64,000 bases of DNA from Octopus sinensis (Eukaryota). The notes below the pieces were generated by a model that was given only the letters and a program-made list of their open reading frames with translations, made no database searches and was not told the DNA's origin. The DNA lies in assembly GCF_006345805.1 (NCBI RefSeq), contig NC_043011.1, forward strand, positions 2,294,001 through 2,358,000. The letters run 5' to 3'. Shown here piece by piece: positions 23,871 to 36,201 of this stretch; position 1 is the stretch's first letter, and each line of letters opens with the position of its first letter. The translations under genes and the position numbers were made by a program.

Positions 23871-25107
23871 TACCATTGTGAAGCCACAACTATTGGATAA
23901 CCAATTACACGGCTAATTGTCTTCAATTTTCACTTTCAAATATTGTATACAATTATATACAATATTTTACATGATTTAGCTTTAAAACATTATTGATGTG
24001 TTAATGTCAGTTCAGCCTAAGGGTTTTCAAAGCTGCATCAGTAAATCATTAATATAAACACCTTATCAAAAGCAGGAAATTGTTTCAACTCATCTTGTAA
24101 ATGAAATTGAAATGTGATTTTCTTAGATCATTTTATATTCATGAGTTTTCTTGTTTCTGAGAAAATTAGGTACAAACAATTATTTTCTTTAACAATTCTA
24201 AGAATATAATATCCAATGATTCTTCTGTAGAAGAATATAGATCCATTCACTAGATATTGTCATAGAAACACAGGGATTTTTTGATATATATAATAATGAG
24301 AGTAGCAATGGCTTTGCTAGTTATGATGCATCATTTAGTAATTTATTGTGAGTTAAGAAGTGACAGTACCATTAAATTTAAAGATCATTTGCTGCTCAGG
24401 TCTTTTACTAATAACTTTGTGAGAAAGAAAATAATTCACAGAAGCAATATTTTCTTTTTCTTTCTTTTGTAAGGAATGCAAAGAAAATTGCCTTTTCTCT
24501 TATTTTAAAACTGTTGATCAGATTGGACTATTGATAATTAGATTTGTACTACCCACAAACCTCCAAATGATATAAGCTAGAATGTCATTATTTTAAATTG
24601 TGTACATGATTTCTGGAGGAGAAAAAGAAATTAAGCTCAATTCTTGTTGTACCACTTTCTTTCATTCACAATTTAAACATAGACAAACTTCTAGTACTGT
24701 TCAGTCACTGATACTTAGGTTACTGATTGTGGTCTAAGTAAACAAGCAAATTAACTTTGATTGACTACATAATGTTCCGTGAGCAAATGAAGATATTTTC
24801 TAAAGATTTTTATCGATCAGTTGCTTGTATTATGGTTTCAGATTTTTATGTTTAAACATATGACATCAACTAAAAGAAGCTATATTAAACTATATATCAT
24901 AACTGTTGGCTTTATCTTACATTATTTGAATATCTAAAAACATTTTCTGGTATGGGACTATAACTGATATTATGTATTGCCTGGTTTTTACCTTAATGAA
25001 TGAAATTCATACATTTCTAGTGACTGATGCCAAATGTTCTGTTGTAAATTTTTTTTACCTGAGCGTTTAAATGAGCCCATGTCTTGTGACAATAATTAAG
25101 CTGGTTA

Positions 25108-25490
25108 TGGAAGCACTCCATCGGTTACGACGACGAGGGTTCCGGTTGATCCGATCAACGGAACAGCCTGCTCGTGAAATTAACGTGTAAGTGACTGAGA
25201 ACTCCACAGACACGTGTACCCTTAACGTAGTTCTCGGGGATATTCAGCGTGACACAGAGAGTGACAAGGCCGGCCCTTTGAAATACAGGTACAACAGAAA
25301 CAGGAAGTAAGAGTGAGAGAAAGTTGTGGTGAAAGAGTACAGCAGGGATCACCACCATCCCTGCCGGAGCCTCGTGGATCTTTTAGGTGTTTTCGCTCAA
25401 TAAACACTCACAACGCCCGGTCTGGGAATTGAAACCGCGATCCTATGACCGCGAGTCCGCTGCCCTAACCACTGGGCCATTGCGCCTCCA
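25108..25490 (-). mobile_element. SINE family B, full length
   Basis: TSD TTAAGCT(G/A)GTTAT. Confidence 0.92.
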
Positions 25491-26929
25491 TTTAAGCTAG
25501 TTATAGTAATAAGATGTCAGGTAACTTATCAAAATGTATTTAATTCATATCAGAAAAATGTGACTTCACTAAAGTTGTTCTTCACTATGATCCAGTGTTC
25601 CAGTCCTGGCCATCCTGTCTTTTATTTTCTTCTGGTGTAATATATTTATGACTGCATTATCCCATATCCTTACTAATTAAAGGTAGTAGTATGCAATTTA
25701 AAGGAAGTATAACTGCTATTTCTACAAAGTAGACTGACTACAAAGGTGCTCCCTCAGAAGTGGGACAATACAGGGAGGAGGTATTTGGTTATTAGCTTAT
25801 ATTTTTGTGAGTTTAAATCGACTGCAATTGTTTCTTTTGCTATATTTTAGCTGTCACAAATGGCTAACATCTTTTGGAAAATTTCCCTACAAAAGACAAT
25901 TGTTGTCTCTATGGGATTTTTTTGCGTTTCATATTGTTAACAATATTGAAATCTAATTTACATGATCCTTCTGTAGACTGCAAATACATTTGTTTTTGGA
26001 TTTTAAACTTATGTGTCGAGTGCCAAACAAATTTTGTCTTTTTTTTTCTCTATGATTTTATTACTTAACGAAGCATTGCATATATGAATTAATTCTTATA
26101 AAAACAATTCTGAGAATGTGACTGCTGGAAGAAGTGTGTAGGTCTAACAGCTAAAGGGTTCAGATTTTGACCTAGTTGGGTTTCATCTATGTAAGCTTCT
26201 CAAGGCTGACAATTTAAATTATCTTTGAGAGTAGTGTTTATACATATTCACATTGATTTATAAAGGAGGGAAACCAGACTACATCATAAAATTAAGGTAA
26301 AGTTTGATTTCATATTCAGAAAATTGACACATGCCAAAATAAAGTTCGTTCATCAAATTGATTGCAAGCTTGACTAGTATTAAATTATCAATTTTATCTA
26401 TTCTGCCAAGAATGATATCTATTTTAGTCTTATATTTTAGATAAATTTTCTTTATAATTAAAGATATCCAAATTTTTCTGCTGATTTTTCTTCATTTAAT
26501 TTCTCCCCATATCTTTATAAAATCTTAAAGTTGAGGCAAGATTATCAAATGCACTGAAATTACCATCGCTTTAAATTAATTGAAATTAATTTATAACATT
26601 GCAACCTTTGACTTTTTCTATCCCAAAAGGTTTCTCAACCTAATATTTATATGTTATTATTTATAGCTTTATATGTGTACTTCAAAATTTTCCAGGAAGG
26701 AATTAATTTATATTAATTATGTTACTTGAATGTTTAATTGCTAATGAAACAGCTGTTGAAAGTAGGGAGCTACTACGGCTGCTGACCACAAATGTCTCAT
26801 CCCATTGTTGTATCGCCAATTCTTACGATGATAGTTGTTTACACTATAACTGTGTAGTAACAATATATATTTCTTTACTACCCACAAGGTACCAGACAGC
26901 CTGGCCAATCCAGATGATCCAGGTGATAT

Positions 26930-27115
26930 ATATACATATATATACACATATATACGATGGGCTTCTTTCAGTTTCTGTCTACCAAATCCACTCACAAGGC
27001 TTTGGTCGGCCCAACACTAAAGTAGAAGACACTTGCCCAAGGTGCTACACAGTGGAACTGAATCCGGAACCATGTGGTTTGTTAGCAAACAACTTACCAT
27101 GCAGCCACTCCTACA

Positions 27116-27120
<5 letters not shown>
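26930..27120 (-). mobile_element. SINE family A, head half
   Basis: Head through the internal TA tract only. Confidence 0.85.
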
Positions 27121-27145
<25 letters not shown>

Positions 27146-27149
<4 letters not shown>

Positions 27150-27440
27150 ACTAAAAATAAGGGTGTCTGAGAGACATTACCATGCCGAAATAGCAGTCAA
27201 ATCCCTGACTCTAAAAACCACATTAAATGTTCATATTGCACCATGAGATAAGACAGAGGGACAAAATAGACTAGCAAAAAATATTACTGAATAATTCAGT
27301 AATATTTTTTGCTAGTCTATTTTGTCCCTCTGTCTTATCTCATGGTGTGATATGAACATTTAATGTGGTTTTTAGAGTCAGGGATTTGACTGCTATTTCG
27401 GCATGGTAATGTCTCTCAGACACCCTTATTTTTAGTTGTA
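27146..27440. repeat. 295-bp near-perfect palindrome (147-bp arms, 1-nt centre)
   Basis: TACAACTAAAAATAAGGGTG...CACCCTTATTTTTAGTTGTA; only 2 mismatches seen. Confidence 0.95.
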
Positions 27441-27565
27441 AAAAATTATTACCATTGTATGGTATTTTTCCCATGCTGGCCACTTGATAATATCGATATT
27501 TAAATATCGATATTATCCTTATTTATAAATATATATAAAAGAGTAAAAAAAGAGAATATATATAT

Positions 27566-27964
27566 ATAAGAAATATTGAATTTCTAAATCTCTCGTAGAG
27601 ACATGTACGGTGGAGGGGCGATAGAATGGTTGTATACTGTCAATCTAACAAGAACGTGACAGTAGGGGGTACACCACCACTGTATAGCCCTAGGAAGCAT
27701 CGAACGCCTCCTGATAGCTTTGACACATTTTTTCCCTGTGTCCTTATATACATATACGAAGGGGAGACAAACACCCCCGGCTGCCGGAACTGCATCTAGG
27801 GACACTGTGTTTCAGGATCGTTGTCCTTCATCGGCCTAGAGTAGCAGACACCGGTCAGCCGGTGATATTTGCCTCGACTTCGTAATTGTATATATCTATA
27901 TTCAGTGAAGTTTATTCACTGATTATCAAAATAAGAAATATTGAATTTCTAAATCTCTCGTAGA
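27566..27964 (-). mobile_element. Retrozyme/PLE-pLTR-like unit: 365-bp period with 34-bp terminal direct repeats
   Basis: ATAAGAAATATTGAATTTCTAAATCTCTCGTAGA at 27566 and 27931; CpG-rich interior; contains an HHR. Confidence 0.6.
27795..27840 (-). ncRNA. Minimal type I hammerhead ribozyme candidate
   Basis: UCUAGG-CCGAUGA-AGGA-caacga-UCCU-GAAAC-acagu-GUC-CCUAGA: 6-bp stem I, 4-bp stem II, GUC cleavage triplet; deviations U4C and A10.1:U11.1. Confidence 0.7.
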
Positions 27965-28626
27965 ACACCACATTATCTCTCCTCATGCATTACACTGTTT
28001 TATCTCTCTACTTGACCCTTGCAGCCTATGCAAATATGTAATCTATCTTCTCCCCATATATCAGGGGTATTATTACTACCCTGAACCTACTCAAAACATC
28101 ATCTCCTCCCCCCCACTACCTGCTGTCCACAGTGTCATTACTACCCTACTGCTAGCATCTCTGTAGCCTCCCCAACTCGTGCAAACCATCCCTTCAACTC
28201 TTCCCCAATCTTCACAGATATTACCTACCTCTCTCTCCCCTTATGTCTGCCCATACACACTTTTGCATGCACCCCACTCCCTACTGCCCCTGTTACCTGA
28301 GGTGCTACCAGGACAACTGCAGTCTGTCTCTTTGGAAATACTTCTAATTCATTCTCAATCTCTCTCCTAAATATGAGTAACCACGTCGCTCCTCTACACT
28401 TGGAACCTCTTCTACCCCAATCCCTTCCCTCATACATTAAACCCATCTTATATATGGATGTGGAATCCCTCCTCCCTGGGTTTGTTGATTTGTGAGCTAC
28501 TTGGTGACCTCAATAATGTCAGTGGCACAAACAAGCATCCAGTACACACTGTAAAATGCTTGAATTTAGGAGGGGCTTCCACCTGTGGAAACCATAACAA
28601 ATCATACACTGGAGCATGATGAAGTC

Positions 28627-30570
28627 CAGAGATGGAGAACCTTTTCATGTTGGAAGGCCACATTAAGCTAGTTGTAATCTAATAAGGCAACATTCATGAA
28701 ACTTCAATTAGATAGTCTTCAAAACCTACATTATTTTGCAAAAATCTAACTACTGTATACTAATTAACTCCAAAAATAAAAAAAAAATTGTCCATTCTAA
28801 AGTTAGCTAACCTTTATAAACTTTGTTGTGACTGCTTTTTGTAGGAGGGCATTTGAATATTTAGCTGCCCCATGGAGGTCTGCAGTTTCAGATTCTCTAG
28901 ATGGGTGTCCATCATTTGTGACCTTAAGAGCATTTTGATTTTGGTTGGGTAGGAGAATGTAGATTCACAGCAATAAGTGTTTGAAAAGAAGGATAGCATT
29001 TTTTGGGGCATGTTGCTGAAGGCACGGGTATTCTATTGCACTTTTCCATATTTCAGTCAATTTTTCTTAGTGTCGAATAAGGTCTTTAAAATGTCCTCTT
29101 CTCAGAGGTCAATCAATTCCGTCTGTAGTTCTTTAGAAGCTAATCTAAGTGTGATTCCAAGATTCTCAAAGTCAGTGAACCTTTCATTGTATTTGCCAGT
29201 CTATAACAGCTGTGTATTCTTCAACTGATTTTGCATGAATCTTCTTGTTCATCAATGACCATTGCTAACTGGGGAAAATGTTTATCTGACATTTTTTTTG
29301 AAGAAAAAGTGTTCTGAAAAAAGATAGCTTGTTTTGAAATGCTTGGTTTTTTGCCACATATCCTATATAGACTTAATTTTAACTTGTAAAGAATTATTCA
29401 AGTCATTTTGCTTTGACAAAAAATCACGCAGAAATCGCTTTTACTCGTTTACTTGTTTCAGTCATTTGACTGCGGCTATGCTGGAGCACCACCTTTAGTC
29501 GAGCAAATCGACCCCAGGACTTATTCTAAGCCCAGTACTTATTCTATCGGTCTCTTTTGCCGAACCGCTAAGTGACGGGGACGTAAACACACCAGCATCG
29601 GTTGTCAAGCAATGCTAGGGAGACAAACACAGACACACAAACACATACACACACTCATACATACATATATTCATATATACAACAGGCTTCTTTCAGATTC
29701 CGTCTACCAAATCCACTCACAAGGCATTGGTCGGCCCGGGGCTATAGCAGAAGACACTTGCCCAAGATGCCACGCAGTGGGACTGAACCCTGAACCATGT
29801 GGTTGGTTAGCAAGCTACTTACCACACAGCCACTCCTGCACCTATTTCTATGTAGCATTTCTATAGAAATCTTCTTTCAATAACTAACACTACTGATTCT
29901 TTTTTTTTTTATAAAATTTAATTATCTGTTTCTGCAACGATAAAAGTTTTGCTAACATCTGTACCTGTGATAGCCAATGCATTTTAGAATAATATGGTAA
30001 ATCCACACTGAATATCTCATTGTTCAACTTTAGCATGTGACAAAACTGACGATGCCATGTTGCATTTGCACGAATATAGTTAACAATACTTGTACCTTGT
30101 TGCAAAGTGTCGCTTGAAATAGAAGATTAAGCACAGCGATTTTACTGATGTAAAAGACAATGGAAAGGAATGAGACCATGTGTACCTGATAATCCTTTTT
30201 CTATACGTGCAATAAACCTTCATGTTTTCCTGTGATGGAAGGTGCACTGTCTCTACATAAACTCAATAAATTGACCAAATTCAGTCCAACCTCATAACAC
30301 CCATCTTAAACATTTATGAAGATATCTTTTCCTTGTGTTCTACGATAAGAGTGCACAAAGCCCCTAACTCTTCATAGCAAATAAAATCTTCTGTTATGGC
30401 CTGAATGAAGTACAAAACCTGCTCCAAGCCAGTAGTATCAGTTAAAGTCGTCCAAAGTGATTAAATAATATACATTTTCCTTTTGGAAAATGAAGTTGTT
30501 CTGCTACGTTGAGGGCTAATTCATGCTGGTGATCAGTTATGGTTCTTGAATGAAGCAACTGAAAGCTTAT
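28627..30570 (-). pseudogene. hAT (Charlie/SPIN-like) transposon remnant, interrupted by SINE A
   Basis: Terminus CAGAGATGGAGAACC at 28627; SNTYCCESTFS...RSQM.DTHLE dimerisation motif; IVNYIRANA.WHRQF...WLS; HCLLHQ; HELALNVAEQL. Confidence 0.85.
29443..29842 (-). mobile_element. SINE family A nested in the hAT
   Basis: Matches the family consensus. Confidence 0.92.
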
Positions 30571-32460
30571 TATTTCAAGTGGTACCTGAAAAAGTTGATG
30601 AACGATTGGTCAGAGAGGAAAGTGTTTGTCTCTACACCTTTTGCATGAGTCCACGACACACACACTTTCACCATAGCCACCAGTACAATGAAAACTGCCT
30701 TGCTTTCCCAGTTAAAGGAAGGTGGTGGAGCAATATTCACGATAAACTCGGCCAATAACTGAACTTGTCCTACACATGAAAGCAGCCATTCGACATAAGC
30801 CTACAGGTCTGAAATGGTTGAACTCTGCATGATTGCATGCAGAATGGTTTCATCGCTCTGACTGCATCTTGGGAAAGTTGGTCCATTGTTTCTCAAACTG
30901 TGCCTCTAGAGCTTATCCCGAATGGGCAATGCTTCCCAGTAGCACTGTCAGGCCAGGGGTCTCTGGTGATTGTCCATAGGTCCCAACCCGAACGTGGTCC
31001 TGGAGAGGTAGGTCAGGTGTTCCCCGTCGATGCCCAGATTCTCCCCAAGAACATTGTCACACTTCTCTTCCACTAATCTTCTATAGAACGTCTTCATGGA
31101 ATTGAAGTTGCACAATTTTGGTCCCAGACAGCAGAGTTGCTCAAGTGCAAGGCAGCACTCATGGTCTGAACAAGTCTTTGAGACATTTACATCCCCTCCT
31201 ATTTCTACCTCTACACATGTAACCTAAATGCATGTCCAAGATAGCATTCCAATCCCCCACTAAAAGTAAAGGCCGAGACATTCCCAGGAAAACCTCTGGA
31301 TAGCAAAAGAAATCTGGCCGACCTATTAAGGACGGTGGATAAACTGTTACCAGTTGAAAAACACACCCAATACTGCTATCAACATCCAAGTCGACCAGCT
31401 TACCCTCCAGGTCTAGGAATATTGCTCTTACTTTGAGGTCCAGACTCTTCTAAAAAAGCACCACAGTACCACCTCTTCCGATTCTTGGCAGACACGGAGA
31501 AAAATAAATGTCAAATTGTCCACCAAACATGTGCTGGAGGGCCCGTGAGTTGCGAAGTCTGGTCTCACTGATGGCTATGATATGCATATTCTGTGACTTG
31601 ATGTCATTTAACAGGTTGCCTTGTTTGCAAGGCGACCCCCAAGCCATGCACATTTATACAACCTATTCTAAGCATGCTCCTATCGAATGTTGTGTTTTAC
31701 AAACGAAAGGAAAAGGAAAAAAATGAGAGAAAGAGAGAGTCACTGCATTCCAGGCTTTTTGTCAAGTGTTTCTTTGCATGTTCTTCCATATTAAATCTTG
31801 CCTCGATCGTGGCAAATCTTTTGCCTCTTGTAATATATGTTTTAAAAGCCCATATGCGATGTAGACATTTCTCAACTTTTTGGGAAATGTCTTGCAAAAT
31901 GCTTTGTGGGGTATTCCGTTTAATGGTTCTGTCTTATTTGTATAATAATTATTTACAATGTAGAAGTTCTTCCATTGAGAATTACATTAAATATTTCTTT
32001 TGCTTTAAAACAGAAGCAAATTTATATAGTTTGTCCGTGACATTATTGTTGGTGGTAGCAGTTTTCATGACAGAAGTAATAGTGGTGGTGACAGGAGAAG
32101 TGATAGTCGTGGTTGCACTGCTCATTGGTTTATGAGTGTTTTCATTGTTTCTGCCTTCCCTTCCCACTTATTCAGAAGAAAAGCTTGCCTCAGTATGTGT
32201 CTTGTAGTCATTCAAAATGTGTGCGACAGTGTATCAATGTTCTGGCTGTTATCTGAAGTTTTTGTTGTTGGCAATGGGGGGAAATTCCAATTCTAATTCA
32301 AAGACGGGAATGCTGGCAGTCTTAGAAGGATTGTCCATTTTTCCAAACAGATGAAAAAAAATTTTTTGAAATAGGATTTTAAAATTTTAAAATTTACCCC
32401 CAAAGGGTAAATTCTCAAATGAAAACCTCACTTGAGGCCACGCAAAAATTATTAGGTACC
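30570..32460 (-). mobile_element. Internally deleted L1/Tx1-like LINE (ORF1 5' part, endonuclease, C-terminal Cys/His region; no RT)
   Basis: ORF2 start MLRIGCINVHGL at about 31675; IIAISETRL; LLLVGDWNAILD; joined at about 31165 to FYRRLVEEKCD...PRCSQSDETILHA; ORF1-like KRFATIEARFNMEEHAK. Confidence 0.8.
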
Positions 32461-32817
32461 TTTTTAACAGAGATAAATACAGATACCCATAAATAAAGCC
32501 GAAAAATTACTTAAAATTATGGGAATCAGCATGAAAAACAGTTGATTGATAGATAGACAGATTGACAGACAGGCAGATAGATGTGCATAGGTGCTGACAT
32601 GTGTGTATATGGATATATATTTATATGAGTGTATATGTGTGCACATATATATTTATTATTATGTGCGTATATTGATTATTATTATACATATCCTTTGCTC
32701 AAATATAGATACTACTTTGTGGCTTGTGTTGCTTAATGACTTCTATCCTGTAATCAATGTCCTAATAATTCATCTAAGTTAGAAGTCTTGAACCTCGTGT
32801 ATCAGTCTGCTGTCTCC

Positions 32818-33229
32818 GGATCTTTTCGGTTTGAACGGCAGTTTTTTTCTAGCAGTGCCATATGAAATTGTCACCCATAATTATGACCCTAGTATCGATC
32901 TATTGCATTTCAATCTGTTTTAGGGTTAGGGGTGGGGGGAAGGGTATCTTTTTTTTCACAAATGTAAATAAACCCAATCTGTTTTTAAACGAGACATATT
33001 CATACGGCACAGAATGTTTTTTTTTTACCTCAATGGACGTCAGTGATTGGTTGAAATTGCAGAAATTGAAGAAAAAAAAACAACAAATATCTTACAAACT
33101 ATAGAATTTTCTCAATAAAGCCAAGAGAAAAAGATGTTTTATAAACACATTCTACCAGTATTCGAAGTTTAAAATTTTTTAGTTACCTAGAAATTATGTT
33201 AAAAACTGCCGTTCAAACAGAAAAGATCC
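32818..33229 (+). mobile_element. 412-bp MITE, second copy
   Basis: Same TIRs; TSD CTGTCTCC at 32810-32817 and 33230-33237. Confidence 0.9.
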
Positions 33230-33820
33230 CTGTCTCCCATTATCCCTTTGAGGTCTTTGGGTAAATCCTTTTTATTGCTAACCCTACCCACCCCCTTTTC
33301 TCCTCCATCTAACATTCTTTTTCCTTCCACTTAATGACTACTTAACTACACACACCTTATTTCTATTTTAGCGACCTTCCCAGCAATATTTTCCTTAGTC
33401 ATTTGATTTTGATTTTTTATTCGTTATTTTTCAGCTGGCCATTCCTGCAGTGGCTGGTTTGATAATAACACATTTGTTCATCTCCGAGAGGCAATTTTAA
33501 ACAACATTAAGATAACAGAGAACTGATGATTAGCTAAGTTGGTTTCTGTTCATTACAAATTATGTAACAGACTTCAGCTTGCTATGAAACAGTTGTAGTC
33601 TGTGTTTTACCTGTTGCCCTCCTTATATATATTTATATAAATTTAAGCCACAATATACAGATTCTACTAATATGGTGGTACTAATAAAAAAAACTCCTTA
33701 ATGTATCATACTATAAAATATATAGTATGATACATGACAAAACCATAAGGAGAGTATAAAGTAATGAATATTAAGAGAAATACAGTATGATTAAATTTAT
33801 TTAACCATTGGAAATTCTTA

Positions 33821-34818
33821 TCTCTCTATATATAAAACTGAGAATGTGTGTGTGTCTGTCTGTCTGTCTGTCTGTGTGTTTCCCTAAAACTTGAGAACTA
33901 CATGACCAATTTCATTCAAATTTTACACATGCCTTACTTAGGGTCCAGGAAGTGTCATCGGCAAAAAAATGTTTAACTTTTTGCCTAGGGTGAGCCCACA
34001 GCAATATTATATCTTCTCACTATGATTCCCTAAAACTTGAGAACTACACAACCAATTTCATTCAAATTTTACACATGCCTTACTTAGGGTCCATGTAGTT
34101 TCATGGGCAAAAAATCTTCAACTTCTTACCTAGGCGAGCCGATAGCAATATAATATCTTCTCCACTATTTCAGTATTACGTGTTAAAAGTGAAACAAAAA
34201 CATTTCTCTATTTTATGTCAGATACTTTCACTTCAACAATAAAAATTAGAGATAATAATGACAGTTGAATTATATGTAGTAAGTAATAATTAAAATCAAA
34301 CTAAAGTATGATATAATCGTAACATAACAAAAGTAAAAATAGCAATTGGTATAAAATTGCATCAATGACATGAACTTGAATAAGTGGTTTCACATGAATG
34401 GGAATAAATTAAAAATAGAATTAGTGTGCAGAAATGTAATAGTCCAGATGGAGCTGTGCACATACCGTTTACCACGGCTTTTACATTAGATTATCTGCTA
34501 ATTAGCAAGCATTAAGTATATATATGAAGTTTGGCTGTATGTAATGTCTGTTTTCTCGAACAGCCGCTCCTACTGAGTACTGCTGTTGGTTTATTTCTTA
34601 TACATAAAGGACTATAGCTTCAACTGCGTACTGCTATTTGATTCACTGCAAGGTTTGTTGTTATTATTATTACTGTTTAACTATTGTTATCACGTTTGTA
34701 GGTTCCTCGTAAGGGAAACGTTATTGTGCTGCATTTGTTAAATAATTGTAAACTGTAACCCTATACATATATACATGCACTAGCACTATGACCCGGCAAC
34801 GACAGGTCATAGTGCTAG
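33821..34818 (+). mobile_element. Non-autonomous Helitron
   Basis: A|TCTCTCTATATATAAAA start, (GTCT)n, internal tandem duplication of about 145 bp (33882-34168), 3' hairpin ending CTAG|T. Confidence 0.8.
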
Positions 34819-35049
34819 TATAACAATAATTGTTTTGCATAGATAATTTATTTTATGAAATTTTATAATAAGTAAATTATTTACATGCCTGCATTAATGT
34901 AAACAATCTTTAGACTAATGCAGTCTTTATATTAAGCTAGTTCATCGGATTGGGAGAAATCCATGTTGAAAAGTAACCCCTCAACATAACGTTTCATGAA
35001 TGCAAATTTCCAATGGTTAAATAAATTTTATCATACTATATTTCTCTCA

Positions 35050-35640
35050 TTATATATATGTACAAACACACAGGTGCACACACACGCACGTGCACACATG
35101 CACACATACCTAATGCTCACAACTTCCACACACATGCACACACACCTACATACACACACACGCACTCATACACACACACATGCACACACAAATACACACA
35201 CATACACATGCACACTCACACACGTGCAAAAAACGCACATATACCTCCACACACAACCCCTCGTTTACACACACACATACACACGTGCACACACACAAAT
35301 ACACACTCACACACACAAATACACACTCACACACACACAACATATACATAAACGCACACACACACATACTTCAAACTACCAGTTAAACACCTTTCTGCTG
35401 ACCATTCTCCTACGCACATGTGAAGGGAGACACACAAAAGACAGCCACTCCTACCAAAAATTCCTACTGGAAATTCTTCCTACGACATTAAGCCACACAA
35501 AGTCCACTCACACACATACACATATAAACAGCCAAAGCTACACACATACACACACATATGCACATACATGTGCTATTATTACACACGCACACACAGACCT
35601 GCGCACATGCAGATACCCACACATACACACATATATCTCC
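35050..35640 (+). repeat. Degenerate (CA)n-rich low-complexity tract
   Basis: Direct reading. Confidence 0.85.
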
Positions 35641-35929
35641 TTCTCTCGCACTCTCCTGTCTTAGAACTTTTTCTCCACCCACTCCATGCCAGTCATTTCA
35701 AAACGTAACTCCATCTTCCCTTCCTTTGGACTTTCCTCTATTTCTGATGAAGAGCTTGGCTCAAAATGTTAAATCCTCCTTCTTTCCTTTCCTGAACGTC
35801 TTATAATACACTACTTGTACCACATCCTTGCGTTATTGTTTTTTTCTTGTTTGCTCTTCTTTATTTTGATTCACGATATGTGTGTGTATGTGTGTGTGTG
35901 TGTATGTACACACACACACACACACACAT

Positions 35930-36195
35930 ATATCATCTTCATCAACATTTAGCGTCCGCTTTCCATGCTAGTATGGGTTGGACGGTTCAACTGGGGTCTG
36001 GGAAGCCAGAAGGCTGCATCAGGCCCAGTCTGATCTGGCAGTGTTTCTACGGCTGGATGCCCTTCCTAATGCCAACCACTCCGTGAGTGTAGTGGGTGCT
36101 TTTTACGTGCCACCCGCACAGGTGCCAGACGGGGCTGGCAAACGGCCACGGATGGATGGTGCTTTTTACGTGCCACCGGCACGGGGGGCAGGGGG
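35930..36195 (-). mobile_element. RTE 3'-UTR-derived repeat (family C)
   Basis: Matches other C copies. Confidence 0.85.
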
Positions 36196-36201
36196 CCAAT
36201 A

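Noticed and set aside
24254-26195. Several short plus-strand exon candidates (ETQGFFDIYNNES; TDYKGAPSEVG; LKGSDFDLVGFHL)
   Set aside because: Weak acceptors, no recognisable homology, and they could not be chained convincingly.
26719-27246. 175-aa ORF
   Set aside because: Runs through a SINE half, a TA tract and the palindrome.
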